Source: Geosiphon pyriformis uo1
Lineage: Eukaryota > Fungi > Glomeromycota
Direction of reading: 5' to 3'
Assembly (NCBI GenBank): GCA_016748015.1
Contig: JAAOMT010000295.1
Location: forward strand, 372,001 to 436,000
Length of the DNA: 64,000 nucleotides
Part shown: piece after piece, positions 52,077-64,000 of the stretch
How positions within the stretch are numbered: the first letter of the stretch is position 1
How the letters are laid out: each line of letters opens with the position of its first letter
Program-made: the position numbers and the translations under genes
Notes under the pieces: model-generated
What the model was told of the DNA's origin: nothing
Seen by the model: only the letters and a program-made list of their open reading frames with translations
Database searches by the model: none

Positions 52077-54012
52077 CGTATTTACATGATCATTTTTTAA
52101 TAATTTAAACTCTTGTTAAATTTTTAAAAAATTGATTATTATGTTAAAATTGACAATATAATAATTTTGTTTAATTTTAAATTTTTTAATTGAATATATT
52201 GAATTTATAAAAAAATAATTAACAAGTTTAAATTAATAAAATTAATCATATATTTTTTTTAAAAATATTATAATAATTAAATATACTAATTCAATGTTAA
52301 AATAATATTTTTGATTTTATAATTTTCAAAATTCAGTATAAATTATTAGTTTTCATTTATGTTAAAACATAAATTAATCTAAAAAATAAATTAATGTAAT
52401 TTTTAAAAATTGTGCAAATTTCAATTTGGAAAAGTTTTATAAGTTTTCGTATTTCATAATTTGGGTGTAATTATTTTCTTTTGGTAATTAGTTTCAAGTT
52501 TTATTGAACTCAATTTTTTTGATAATATATTTAATTAAAAAAAAAGAAAAAGGGACAAGTATTTTAAATTATTATTTTTTTCGTACCTTAAATGACCATA
52601 ATTAATGTTAAAAAGAGAATTTAAATAAATTTTAAATAAAAAGTACGCAATCAGTAATTATTGGATATTATTGGGTATCTTTATATTTTGATTTTCGAAA
52701 TGTTGTGCAATAAAAATTTGTAAAATGTTACGAAAAATAATAAATGCAATAAATAAACAATTTTTTTTTTAATGTAAAGTTTTAAACAATATATATATAT
52801 TAATGTATATATTAATATAAAGTTATGAAATTTATGCAAAAAAAAAAGTAAAAAAATTTTGAATTAAAACTATTTACATTATCTAGGAATTTTTGCATTT
52901 TAGTTTGTAATTCTCGTTATTAAATGAAAAATACTTAAATTTAAATCGTCATTAATTAATTTTAATTAGGAGCAGAGGAAAAAATTTAGCTACATTAGGG
53001 TTTGAAGATTAAAGTTGAAAAAATTTTCAATCTATATATCAAATTCTAAAATTTTTGTTTCTAATACTATTTTCAATTTCTCATGCAACAAATTCTAAAT
53101 GGTACTTTTCATTTAATAACTTTCATTCTGTGCGTGCCAAAACGATCTTTGAACTGAATTTTAAAAATTTAAAATTCCGTACATAATGAAATTAATATAA
53201 TTTGATCGCTAGAAGATCAACTGTGTAAAAATTAATCCGTGGGAATTCTAAGAATATGCACCATGCTCTTTTACACTTATTTGATCTTCTCAACTTTACC
53301 TTATATATTATTTTTATAACCATCAAATATATCTGTTTTTATTCCTTTTTTGCTTAACAACCTGTTTTTTTCATCATTGGTGAACCAATGATAAAATTGA
53401 TGCTGTTGGTGATTTATTATGATACTGATGTTGATGTTGATGATAATGATGATTTTGGTGGTGCAGAGATTTCACTTGTGTCAATGTTTTTGGTTGAACA
53501 AATTCTCCTTTGTATCACCATAGCAACAGAAGAAATTCTTTTTTTTTTCCTAATCAGTATTATATAGTAGAACGTGAAATTTTTTTTACACTAAACCTTA
53601 TTAAATGTTTTAAAAATTCCCTTCTCGTCATACACATACGGCACTAATCAATCTATTTAATACTTAGTGTACCCCCGAAAAGGTACATGTATTCCCAAAT
53701 TTAATCAAAATATTTCCCTAATTTAGGGTTCATTCTTATCACCCCTTATAACATCCTACCTTTTTCATGTCACACCCCTACTTTTCGTAATTTTATTATA
53801 ATTAGCCCACTAATCATTTTATCTTATTTTTCTTCCTCTTTCTTTTTTTTTCCCCCCCAATAGACTACTATATATTATAAACTCGTTCTTTGCTCTGTGA
53901 GCAATCAACGCACACTTACAACGGCAAGAACAATAAAAGTTATAAAAGAAGTTCTACCACTCGCCACAGAACAAGGAACCACCAATTCAAAGAACGCTTG
54001 TAAAATAAAAGA

Positions 54013-54278
54013 GTAAGTATTAATACGTGACTTCTTGTTTATCTTATCATTTCTTCAATAGGGAGAAATTTAAGGAACTTCATTCCTCTTTCTACTAAAG
54101 AAATACTTAAACTCCGTAATTTGAGTGGGCAGCACTAGAAAACTAGCTACTTTGTTGTCTTTCTATATTTACTTTCTTGCCAAATAATTAACTCTAGTAA
54201 ACATTTTGAATACCATAACAAAAACAAAGCTAAAAAACATCTATTTCTACCTCTTTCTATTCTTAACCTCACCCTTAG
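54013..54278 (+). other. Probable 5' UTR intron of the HMG-box gene
   Basis: GTAAGT donor; pyrimidine tract and cttaac branch-like motif before TAG, 12 nt upstream of the ATG; TATA-like tatataTTATAAA at ~53870. Confidence 0.5.
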
Positions 54279-54290
54279 TCTATATATAAA

Positions 54291-55895
54291 ATGATTTCTA
54301 TCAACAACAACAACAACAACAACAACAACAACCAGTCTATTTACACTAAGCAAGAAAAAGAAGAATCAGTCTGCATGTGGTCGTCTCCTTCCACACCTTC
54401 CTGCTCGGATATGTCCTCCCCTCATTCTCCCATAATAGAATCAAATCCTGACTACGCAGTTTATCACGTGCCAAAAGGATATGATATCGTGTTGGTGCCT
54501 AAAACAGATGAACCAGCACAAAAAGTTCCTGATTCTTCTTTGATTCCCCCTAACAATTTAAATGATGACTCTTCATCAGACTACGCACATTCCGTGAAAA
54601 CCGGCTCTAAACCAATGGATATTCCAAATGCGGTGAAACAATCATCAGATATCGACACATCTTTAGAATTATCTCTAAATAATTCAACCACTACCACTTC
54701 GGCAAGGCTCTCTGCTTATCGAAAACGTAAGGCCGATAAGAACTACATCCCTCGTCCCAAGAATTGTTTCATGGCATATCGCGAGGATGTAAAGGAAAAG
54801 TTCTTAGCAAAGAACCCCGGTATGAATAATAAGATTGTGTCGGTACTAGCAGCTCAAATGTGGAATAACGAACCAGAGGACGTTAAAGAGTATTGGCGTG
54901 AACGAGCCAAGCAACTCAAGGTTGAACATAAACTAAAATATCCTGATTACAAATTTAAACCTCAAAAGAAGAAACAAAACATTAAGACTCCAGGTGGTAA
55001 CAAGGGTCCTACTAAAACAATCAGGAAAAAACCCCTCGGTTCCGATAAACAACTTGTATTCACTGAAGGTTACACAACACAAATTATGTGCGATAGTGAT
55101 GATGGAAAACTAATGTATCCAATTCAATTGGAAGTTTCTGACGATCATGAAGACATTTACATACAACATTTACACAAAAAGGCTTTATTCGGTCATTATA
55201 GAGCCTCATCAGTGGAATCTGCCAGTTCTTGGACCAGTGACTCCACAGCATCAACCCCTTTGCTATCACCATTCGTCGGTTCTCCCGCTTCGTATTCGCC
55301 TCCAACTTTCCAATTCGGTAATCAATTGACACGTTCTCAATCGGCTTTACGTTATGAAGCTGGAAACGTTTCACCCATACAAGAGAGTTCACCTAGTATC
55401 ATGTATGCGCAAAATTTATCTTCGCAACAATTCATGATCAATGAAGTTGATCAACTGAATCATATGTACAATATGATGGATGTCAACGCTCATGCTACCT
55501 TACCTGTGGTTGATGATGGCTTTGTTCTTGACTCTTCATCTTCTTATGATGAATCGTCTTTAAGAACAACCACCCCTTTCATGAATCGACCCCTTTCCTG
55601 CTCCCCGTCTCCACCGGAAATGTCTACAACCGATTATGATTTAATGGCAATGGGTCATTTTGCCTCTACAATTCCCCAAGGGCAAGGCTTCTACGTTGAT
55701 TATGAAGGTTCTATTGATCCTTATTCAAATTTCAACTCCTCTTTTGACCTCTCCTCCCACGACAGTGCTTCATCTCTTGCAGCGCATTACGCTTTTGCTC
55801 TTGAAACCCCTCGTCGGAATTCTCAACAACTTTTAACCGAATTCCAAAATGGTCTTAGACAGCAAGCGATGATGTTACAAGGATTGTTGGATTAA
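54291..55895 (+). CDS. MATA/SOX-type HMG-box transcription factor, 534 aa, intronless CDS
   Basis: YIPRPKNCFMAYR...NNKIVSVLAAQMWNNEPEDVKEYW...AKQLKVEHKLKYPDYKFKP is a sequence-specific HMG box. Intact ORF with S/P-rich flanks and N-terminal poly-Asn from (AAC)10. Confidence 0.95.
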   Translation: MISINNNNNNNNNNQSIYTKQEKEESVCMWSSPSTPSCSDMSSPHSPIIESNPDYAVYHVPKGYDIVLVPKTDEPAQKVPDSSLIPPNNLNDDSSSDYAHSVKTGSKPMDIPNAVKQSSDIDTSLELSLNNSTTTTSARLSAYRKRKADKNYIPRPKNCFMAYREDVKEKFLAKNPGMNNKIVSVLAAQMWNNEPEDVKEYWRERAKQLKVEHKLKYPDYKFKPQKKKQNIKTPGGNKGPTKTIRKKPLGSDKQLVFTEGYTTQIMCDSDDGKLMYPIQLEVSDDHEDIYIQHLHKKALFGHYRASSVESASSWTSDSTASTPLLSPFVGSPASYSPPTFQFGNQLTRSQSALRYEAGNVSPIQESSPSIMYAQNLSSQQFMINEVDQLNHMYNMMDVNAHATLPVVDDGFVLDSSSSYDESSLRTTTPFMNRPLSCSPSPPEMSTTDYDLMAMGHFASTIPQGQGFYVDYEGSIDPYSNFNSSFDLSSHDSASSLAAHYAFALETPRRNSQQLLTEFQNGLRQQAMMLQGLLD

Positions 55896-58800
55896 ATCAT
55901 CATCTTTTAAAGAGTGGATCAAAAAATATCTATCTTTCCTATTTCATTGTCTGTTTCACCATTTATTTCGTTTTTGTAACGGGATTTGTTGTATATTCGC
56001 AAAGATTGCTTTTGTGCGGACCTCTATTTCCGGTCTTGACCTTTTCACCGGGTCCTCGGACACTAAAAAACTCTTTTTTGTCTTTCTTCCAAACACTACG
56101 ACTTTTCTTGTATTTTTTTTCTAAATTTTAACTCATCACTCCCAAAATATATATACTCGACATCACTGTGTTTATAAAATTCCCATTTCACTTTATACAT
56201 AGACATCTTGCATTTTCATAGAATTATATATCATAGAGTTTCCAAGGCCTAAAGGAAGCATGAATAAATGAAAATGGCACTCTTTCTGGTACCTTTTCGT
56301 TTAATTACTCTTCAGTTGGAGCTTGGTTCATATAGACTGCCACCTTGTATATTTTTTCTGATTCCTTTTTCTTTTGTTTTCATTTTCAAATATAGACCGG
56401 CAGAAACTTTGGTTTGTCACTTTATCTCGATCTTCCCTGATGTTGGGATGAATGAAAAACCATTTGTTGTATATTTCCTTCTTGCATATTTCACTTTTTT
56501 TATATTTCTTGCATGTCTTTCTCATCAAAAGACCAAAAAATTGTCAAAAATATATATCTTACCACATTCACTATATCCCTTATCACCTAGCTTCTTCATT
56601 GACTATCAATTCCATTTAGCCTCCATCATTTCTATTATTTCAGCTCTATCATCAAATATTTCGTCGTTTCGCTTCAAAAGCTAGTGTCATTTTGGTTACC
56701 TTAAGTTATATTTATCTATATTTATCCTATCAAGACCTATATACGAAGCTGAATCAATTCATATCCCTCCGCTTCATGCCACCATCAATTTCCAATTTTT
56801 GCTCAGCTTCACTTGATTGACTTTTTATGTTAAACTTTTCCTCATAGTTAATTGTTTTCGTTTCATTATGAGAGATTTAACGCATCATGAATAGTTACCT
56901 ATTCGAGCTCTCGCGTCATCAATTCATTATGCTTATTGTCAAAACAAAACTTTTAACTATCATTTGCGTAAAAGATTTCATCAAAACTCATTCATTCCCA
57001 CTGCCTTTCGCAAAAATCCTCGATCGCCCATGTATTCGATAATGAAATCGAAACTCTCATACTGGGTGGACCTCGGACTATTCATCTTTGCATCCCCAGC
57101 CCATTGTAAATTTCCCATCATCATTCTCATTCTCGTCCTCATCCTCTTCATATACCAACACATTTTACTTACATGATTCACCCTTATCTCACCTTAGTAC
57201 AATCTTCTCCCAGACAGTGTACCGTTTTTCTTTGACAAAATTTGGCAAAGAATTACAGTATACATCTTTTCTTTTTTTCTTTTTTTGGCTTTTCTTGGGA
57301 TTTGTTGTAGTTGATGTTCTTTAGTTGTCTCACGTTTGTTTGTATTTTCGTAGGCACTCACCATCACTGTTTTTTCACTTGATTTTTCACTTTCTGAGTT
57401 CTTCATCTCTGAACCAGACAAAAAACAGCAAAAAAAAAAACTTTTTCTTTCTTAACGATTTTTTTGTTTTTGGTCGTTTGTCGATTTTTTTCTTTGAATG
57501 TCTCGTTACTTACCAAGTGATGATGGTATTTCTGCAAACACAAAACATAAAATGCAAAAAAAAAATAAAAATTTTGAGATTTTTTTTTAAAAAAAGATAG
57601 TGCACGGAAATTATGAGCTTGTAGAACGAGATTAAAATTGATCTGCGATTAATAATTGGAACTTTGTGTCCCTGTTTATCATTTTATTGATCCTAAAAAA
57701 GATCGTGGATTGAATTATTTTCACCATTTTTTTTCTTTCTAATTATTGATCTTATTTCAAAATAGATGTTGAAGATTCGGCGACCGCCGTGGTGTACCCC
57801 ACAAAAACTTTTTCGTCCAAGTTTTCGCAACATGATGCAACCAGACTTGTTACTTTTATTAATCATCACCTTATAATATGATAATACGCCAAAAGCAATT
57901 TGTTTTAAGAACCATGTTCGATGACGACAAAGACGACAATGTGAATCGATGATTAATAACCCTCCACATATGCTTTAGTGTGTTTTCAAGTGGAATAGTG
58001 GTAGTGTAGTTGTGTGTCCATTTGATTTAATGATAAATATGGCCTTTGGATCATGTATCAAGTTGAGCCTGTTGGTAACCTGATTTCGACCCAGTTTTTC
58101 GTATCATTCTTGAAATGTGAAACCATTCTATATTTGAAAATGCCGTTAGTGTCACCGTGTGCTTTTGCATACAGACGAATTACAATCTAGGTTTTTGGCA
58201 TAACCAGTAGCTAGAGTCGTGGTATACTTTCTCCGTTTTTTTGTGAATTTGTTGTGGTAAGACAAATTTTTTTGATAATTGTAAGTCTGGGTGACGAGAT
58301 GATGAGATTTTTTTAAGGGATTGTTGTGTGGGGATTGACTGTTTTGTTTGTGTGTGGAGAATCTCCCTTCGTCAATCTTTGAGTGATTATTTGAGCATTT
58401 ACACCATTGTCACTACGATGTGGGGAAGCAGATGAACGTGATTTTAAAATGGAAATAAAAGAATTCAGGGAGCCTTTTGATCAGGTATAATTCAACCCAA
58501 GCTAATAAATTTTTGATGTTTTTGTCGCGATAGGAATGGTTACCAGGACGATCAATCATCTTTTTAAAAACTGGGCTAAGATGTTAAAAGAGATTAGTCA
58601 ACTTATTGTCAGATATGATTGGATCAAAACAGGCTAACCTTCTTCATTAGATAATATTTGTTTTAGGCTGTTCGGTAACTAGGGATCCTAGGATTCCAAA
58701 AGGTTGTGTTTCAAAATGAAAAAATCTAGACTTATTGGAGAGGGCAAGGTGATTGATGACCTTCACATTTTCAAGATTAAATTTATCATATGAAAACATT

Positions 58801-60924
58801 TTTGCAAATATTATAATTATTATTATTATTATTTTAAATGCAATTGTAATTTCCCTTTACAATTAATTAGAATTTTAATTTATGCTAAATTAAAAAATTC
58901 TCGTGTAATATAGAAAAAATAGTGGGCACATTTTGTCGTAATATTCTTTCTTTGTTAGGTGAACTTTCCAAGAATAAAATACGGAATTATTTGTGAGGGA
59001 ATTGAATGTTTTTCACGCAAGAAAAGGGCTGGGCGAGAAACAGCTTTTATAAAACGGCCGAGGGCTAATGCATTTTTCGAAGCTCAACGAAAGGTTCAGG
59101 AAGCAAATGGCTCCTGATAAATATTTGTATCTATTCTTATCTTTAAATATAGTGCGCATGGGCAAGCACAAATAGAGAATGAAAAGGTAGCAGTCCTCAC
59201 AGTAATCCCAAGTATGCATTCCTTTTTATCATAGTTATTTCTTTACGATCATGTCCTTATGCTAAACCATTGATTCATTTATATGCTGTCATAAGTCTAC
59301 CTTTTATGGAACGTCGTCCATCACCTATTTGAGACAGATATCAACAGGTTTGACCAATTGGCCACAGACATCATCAAGAGCGAATCCAATCTCAACTCCT
59401 CCGCGTCAGTTTAATAGAAATATAAAATAATATCCTGTGCGTCGGATTGAGGATGTCTTGAATTTACTCGTGGATAAACTCAAACAACCATGTTCCAAAA
59501 TCCCCAAACGTCATCTATACTTGGTAAGTAATCCGACATCTTTCGTTTTTTCAACAATTCTATTTTAATAACAACACCATCATCCCCATCACATAGGAAA
59601 CCAGTGACTTTACATTTGGATAAGATTTTTAGATACCAAAATCTGAATGCGAGCTGATTGAAACTGACAACTTTAGCCGCTACATGTTAGTATCGCAACC
59701 CGGGAGAAAATTCCAGGATGAAGGAGAAAGATTATCATACCAAAGCAGTAACAGATTTCATTGATGTAATGAGGGTGGCCTGAGCTCAGCAGATTCGGCT
59801 TAAGACGAAATGCGCCAATATGGCCCTCCTTCACTTCCAGTTAATGAGGTCCTTGGCTTGATTCCCATGCCATTCTTCTCAATAAAGGTGATATGGAATG
59901 TGTATTAGCTTTTAATCCTGATAATAATTCCAATATTGGCTGTGATATCCTTTATACCCTAACCAATAAAAGCTAAAACCCAGAAAGTTTAGGAAAAAAT
60001 ATGTTGACTTAGTTTTTTGTATGTTCAAAATAAAAATCTTTTTACAAAAGTTTAAATGTAATATTTAAAAGTACAGGTTTTTTATTTTTGAAAATAGTTT
60101 ATATAATATAAATAAATTCAATCTGTAAATTAATTGCAATATAGATAATAATAATTTAATAATATATAATAAAAATTAAATTTTTATTATATAAATGTAA
60201 ATTAATTAAAAAAATATATTTATAAAATATACATAAATAAATATTTAATTATTTGATATCATGCTTTTTAAAAATTTAATTTAATTTAAATCTTAAATTT
60301 AAGAATTTAAAATTTTATGTTCAAAAATTAAAAAATATTTTTTAAAAATTGATATTAAGTATTTTAACAAATAAAAATAGCATTTTAATAATATAATGTT
60401 TAATTATTTGTTATATTCACAATTTTATTTTTATTAACAATAGTAATTTTAAACTTTTATATAAAATAATATATTTAATAAATCTAAAATTTACTTTTAA
60501 ATATTTAATAATTTAAATTTTCAATTTTTATTTATTTCTTAAATAAGTATAATTTAATTATTACATATTTTTAATTATTGTTTAATTAATTTCAATTATA
60601 TATTTTAAATTTTAAATTATAATTTAATTATTTTTACAATTTAATTTAATTAAAAAATATATTTTAAAAATTTTATCAATAATATTAAAAATATTTTAAA
60701 TTAAAATTTTCAAAAAATTTAAATACTTTTATTATTATACATAATATAATTTAATTATTACACAACTTAACTATTGTATATTAATTATAAATTATATATA
60801 TACTATATATAAATTAAAATAAAAATTAAAAAAATTAAAAAAGTTTTAATGCTTTATATTTAAATTAATAAATTAATAAAAATTTTAATATTATTTTAAG
60901 TATTTATTTTATGTGGTTTTTTGT

Positions 60925-61605
60925 AATTTTTTTTTAATTAATTTTACTTGTAAAATTTAAATATTGTTTAGTATAACATATTAAACTAAATAATATAAAC
61001 TAAAAATAAATTATATATTTACTACATATAACTAATTATTTAGATTAGTTAAAACAACATTAATTTCTTATATAAACATTAATACTATTATTAATATTAG
61101 AAATAAATAGACATAAAACACATATGCCAAAATTTACACTTAAAGCTTTAATAATATCAAGTAATTTAATCATACCTTTTAACAATACATTCAAAAAACC
61201 ATCAATAAAAAAAGATACTAAACTATTTAATAAAATTAAATTTTTTTTATAATTATATAATGCTTAGAGTATATAAACCAAATTTTATTTTTATAAGCCA
61301 AAGCTAAACTATAAACAAAGTTTGTAATTTTATTAACAATTTTGAGGTCTTCAAAAACAAAAAAAATTTCAGAAACCAAGTTTTAAAAACAAAATTCTGG
61401 TATAAGATAATATAAACTACAAAATTTGACAAACATAATAACAACAATTAAAACACAAAATAAAAACCAGCATAAACCAAAAAAAAATTCTCATATAGTA
61501 GTCTAAAAAATCAATAAAATACTAAAAATAACAGAGTCTAATAAACATAAAAATAAATAATCGGAAATTTTAACTTTACTATATAAGAAATACAAAACAC
61601 TATAA
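60925..61605 (-). mobile_element. Highly decayed LINE 3' fragment (copy 5), interrupted by Gypsy copy 3
   Basis: 60960-61060 aligns to the 3' UTR at 3270-3372, and 61080-61600 to the ORF2 end at 3390-3925; T-run at ~60927. Confidence 0.75.
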
Positions 61606-64000
61606 TATTATAAATAATTATTTGGAATATTAATACAAATAACAAACTTATAACTTAATGCTTAATAGTTATTAATAATAATAATTTCTGAAGATTTTAA
61701 AGTTTGAAGATTTTAGTTAAGTCTATTATATAATAAACAAAAATTTAATTAATGGTTTTTTCTGTGAATTTTTTTCTTTAATATAATAGTTAGTTTATTC
61801 TGATAATTGTGCTTTTTTAATAAGCTATTCTTAAATTTTTACTTTTGTTTTCAGGTTTTTTATTAAATTATTCTTAACATCAAATATTTAGTGCTTAATT
61901 TCTTTAATTAATTAGTAAACAACAAAAAAAATAAAATAAAATAAAATAAAAAAATAAGAAAAAAAATAAGAAATTAGTATTTTGTCAATAGTTATAATTA
62001 AAAACTATTGGTTTAGTGTAGTTAAGTATTGAATTCTATTAATATAAAGTGTTAATAATATTAATAGATTAATATTTCTTTAATTAAGTAATAATAACAT
62101 AGATTTGGGTGATAATAAATATTTTATTAATATAAATATAATTTCACTTTAAGTTATAAAAAACTATTTTTTGAAGAAAAAAGTATTGTTGTTCTAAACT
62201 GAATTGTCTGTTTTTTTTTGCTTTTAACATTCTCATTATATATACATAATTTGTATTATACAAAATTTTTTGAAATTCTTTAATTTCTTGAAAAAAATTC
62301 TGGAATTCTGCAATTCTGCAATTTCTTAAAAGAAATTCTGAAATTTCTCTTTTTATTATGCTTATTTCTAATTGGTTATTTTATCTATTTATTATAATTT
62401 TTAATTTCTATAAGTAATATTATTTTCTTCTTTTAATATTAAATTTTATTGAGATTTTCTAAATTTTTCTCTTAAATTAGCTCTAAAACTTTTTTCTTAA
62501 AAATTGCTTTGTAATTTTGGTCTGCAATTCTTTAAATTGAGCATTAATTAAATTTTCCAGTTGATTAATAGTTATTGTACTTATTTCTAAGTGTAACAGT
62601 ATTTTTGGCTGGTCCTAAAATCTTATTTGTAATTAGTAAATAATTTTTATATATATAGATAAATTGGTTTTTCTCATAATTTGTTCAATTTATTATACTA
62701 TAGTTAGATTAAACATCTTTTTGGTCTTATTTATATATAAGTTTTGAATATTTAATTTCTGTTTTAATTAATAGTAACAAAAGTTCTTAAGAATTTGTTG
62801 TGTCTATTGATTTCAATTTTTTAAAACAAATTCTTTATTTGGTATTAATATTTTTGGAGTTTCCAATGTTTTTTCTACTTTTTCCATTATTTTGTCTATT
62901 GAATTTTCAAAAGTATAATATCTGAAATATTGTTCTTTACTTTGAGATCTTTGAGTTACTTTTTTGTTTTTATATTGTATTGTTTGTTTGTTAATAGTAA
63001 CTTCGAAACTTAATTTCTAATGTTGAATAAGTTGTAAAAGCTGTTGTATAAGTAAGTGAATGTTGTTAATAATTTCTATTTTTATTATTGTTTTTATTAT
63101 GTGTATTGGTTCTTTATATACTGTTTTAATCAATCAATTTAATGTATTTGTTTTAATAATTATAATTGGTTTCAGATTTTATGAAATCTTATTTGATTTG
63201 ACTAGTATTTATTGTACTCTCAATTGTAGAATATTATTGATAAATAATAATACTATATTGTGATATAGTTTTAGTTAATTATTATGTACTACTTTGGTTA
63301 AGATTTTATTGTTTTATCTTAACTTATATGTTCTATTTTCCAAAATTTTTTCAATATAAAATGAATTATTCCATTTGGAATCAAATTTTCTATTTCATTG
63401 TTAGTATAATATAAGAGTACTTTGTTTTCAATTCTAAATTTAGCTAATTTATCTATTAACTGATTATTATGTCATTCTTTTTGTTTTTTTGTAACTTTTA
63501 TATATTATTAACTGCTTTTTGCTTTTTGTTTTTTAGAGTTTCCATTAAGTTATATGTTTTTCTTAGCAATGTTTTTTGCAAATTGTCTTTTGTTATTGGT
63601 TTAGCTAAATATGTATTGATTTCTATCTTAACTGGTAATGTTACTGTTCTATTATAGATTAGTTTAAATAGTATTGTTTATGTAATATTTTGCTTTATTG
63701 TTTGATAAGCAAATAATACTAATAATATAAATAAATCTCATTTGTCCTGGTTTTTTTGGCTGATCTTGACTATTGCTTTATACAATATTTTGTTGAATTT
63801 TTCAACTAAACTATTGGTCTGTGAATAATATGATAATAATAATAGTCTTTTAATTTTAAATCTCTGACTTAATTTTGTTAATGTTTTGTTTACAAAGTAG
63901 GTTTCTTGGTCTGATAAAATTTTTTTTGAATATCTATGTTAACAAATCAAATCTTGGTATATAAATTTGGCTACAAATTCTGTATTTGCTCTTTGAATTA
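61606..64000 (-). mobile_element. Decayed Gypsy-type element copy 3 (3' LTR 61606-62419, PPT, IN extension and IN core), running off the window
   Basis: The reverse complement aligns to ~17370-19820 of the intact copy (e.g. ggtttcagattttatgaaatcttatttgatttgactagtat vs ggtttcagatctcgtggaatctcatctggttggactagtat). Confidence 0.9.

Noticed and set aside
54291-55895. Mating-type (sexM/sexP) locus
   Set aside because: No triose-phosphate transporter, RNA helicase or homeodomain neighbours in the window, and MATA-HMG genes are a large family in Glomeromycotina.

Overview
Eukaryotic (fungal) genomic DNA, most likely from a Glomeromycotina/Mucoromycota species. The repeat-encoded proteins resemble those I recall from Geosiphon pyriformis, but this is an inference. 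Two small gene islands with normal GC and retained CpG sit in an extremely AT-rich matrix of transposon relics. The first island (~21.7-25.6 kb) holds a 6-exon ferritin gene and a 7-exon 3-hydroxybutyryl-CoA dehydrogenase gene; the second (~53-60 kb) holds a MATA/SOX-type HMG-box transcription factor. The mobile elements are: three full-length and several partial non-LTR retrotransposons (ORF1 + APE-RT-RNaseH ORF2); one complete 10.15-kb Ty3/Gypsy-type LTR element (LTRs 9670-10536 and 18953-19820, 4-bp TSD) nested in a LINE; two more decayed relatives of that element; a decayed hAT transposase; and an unclassified two-copy repeat. All are inactivated mainly by C->T/G->A transitions. The most striking observation is the architecture of the LTR element: Gag-PR-Cys-rich insert-dUTPase-RT-RNaseH ends in a stop codon shared by two copies, and the integrase follows as a separate GIN1/Ginger-like ORF with a long uncharacterised C-terminal extension. 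Also notable are a RIP-like, largely non-CpG transition bias and a ferritin with substituted ferroxidase ligands. All alignments, counts and exon calls were made by eye.
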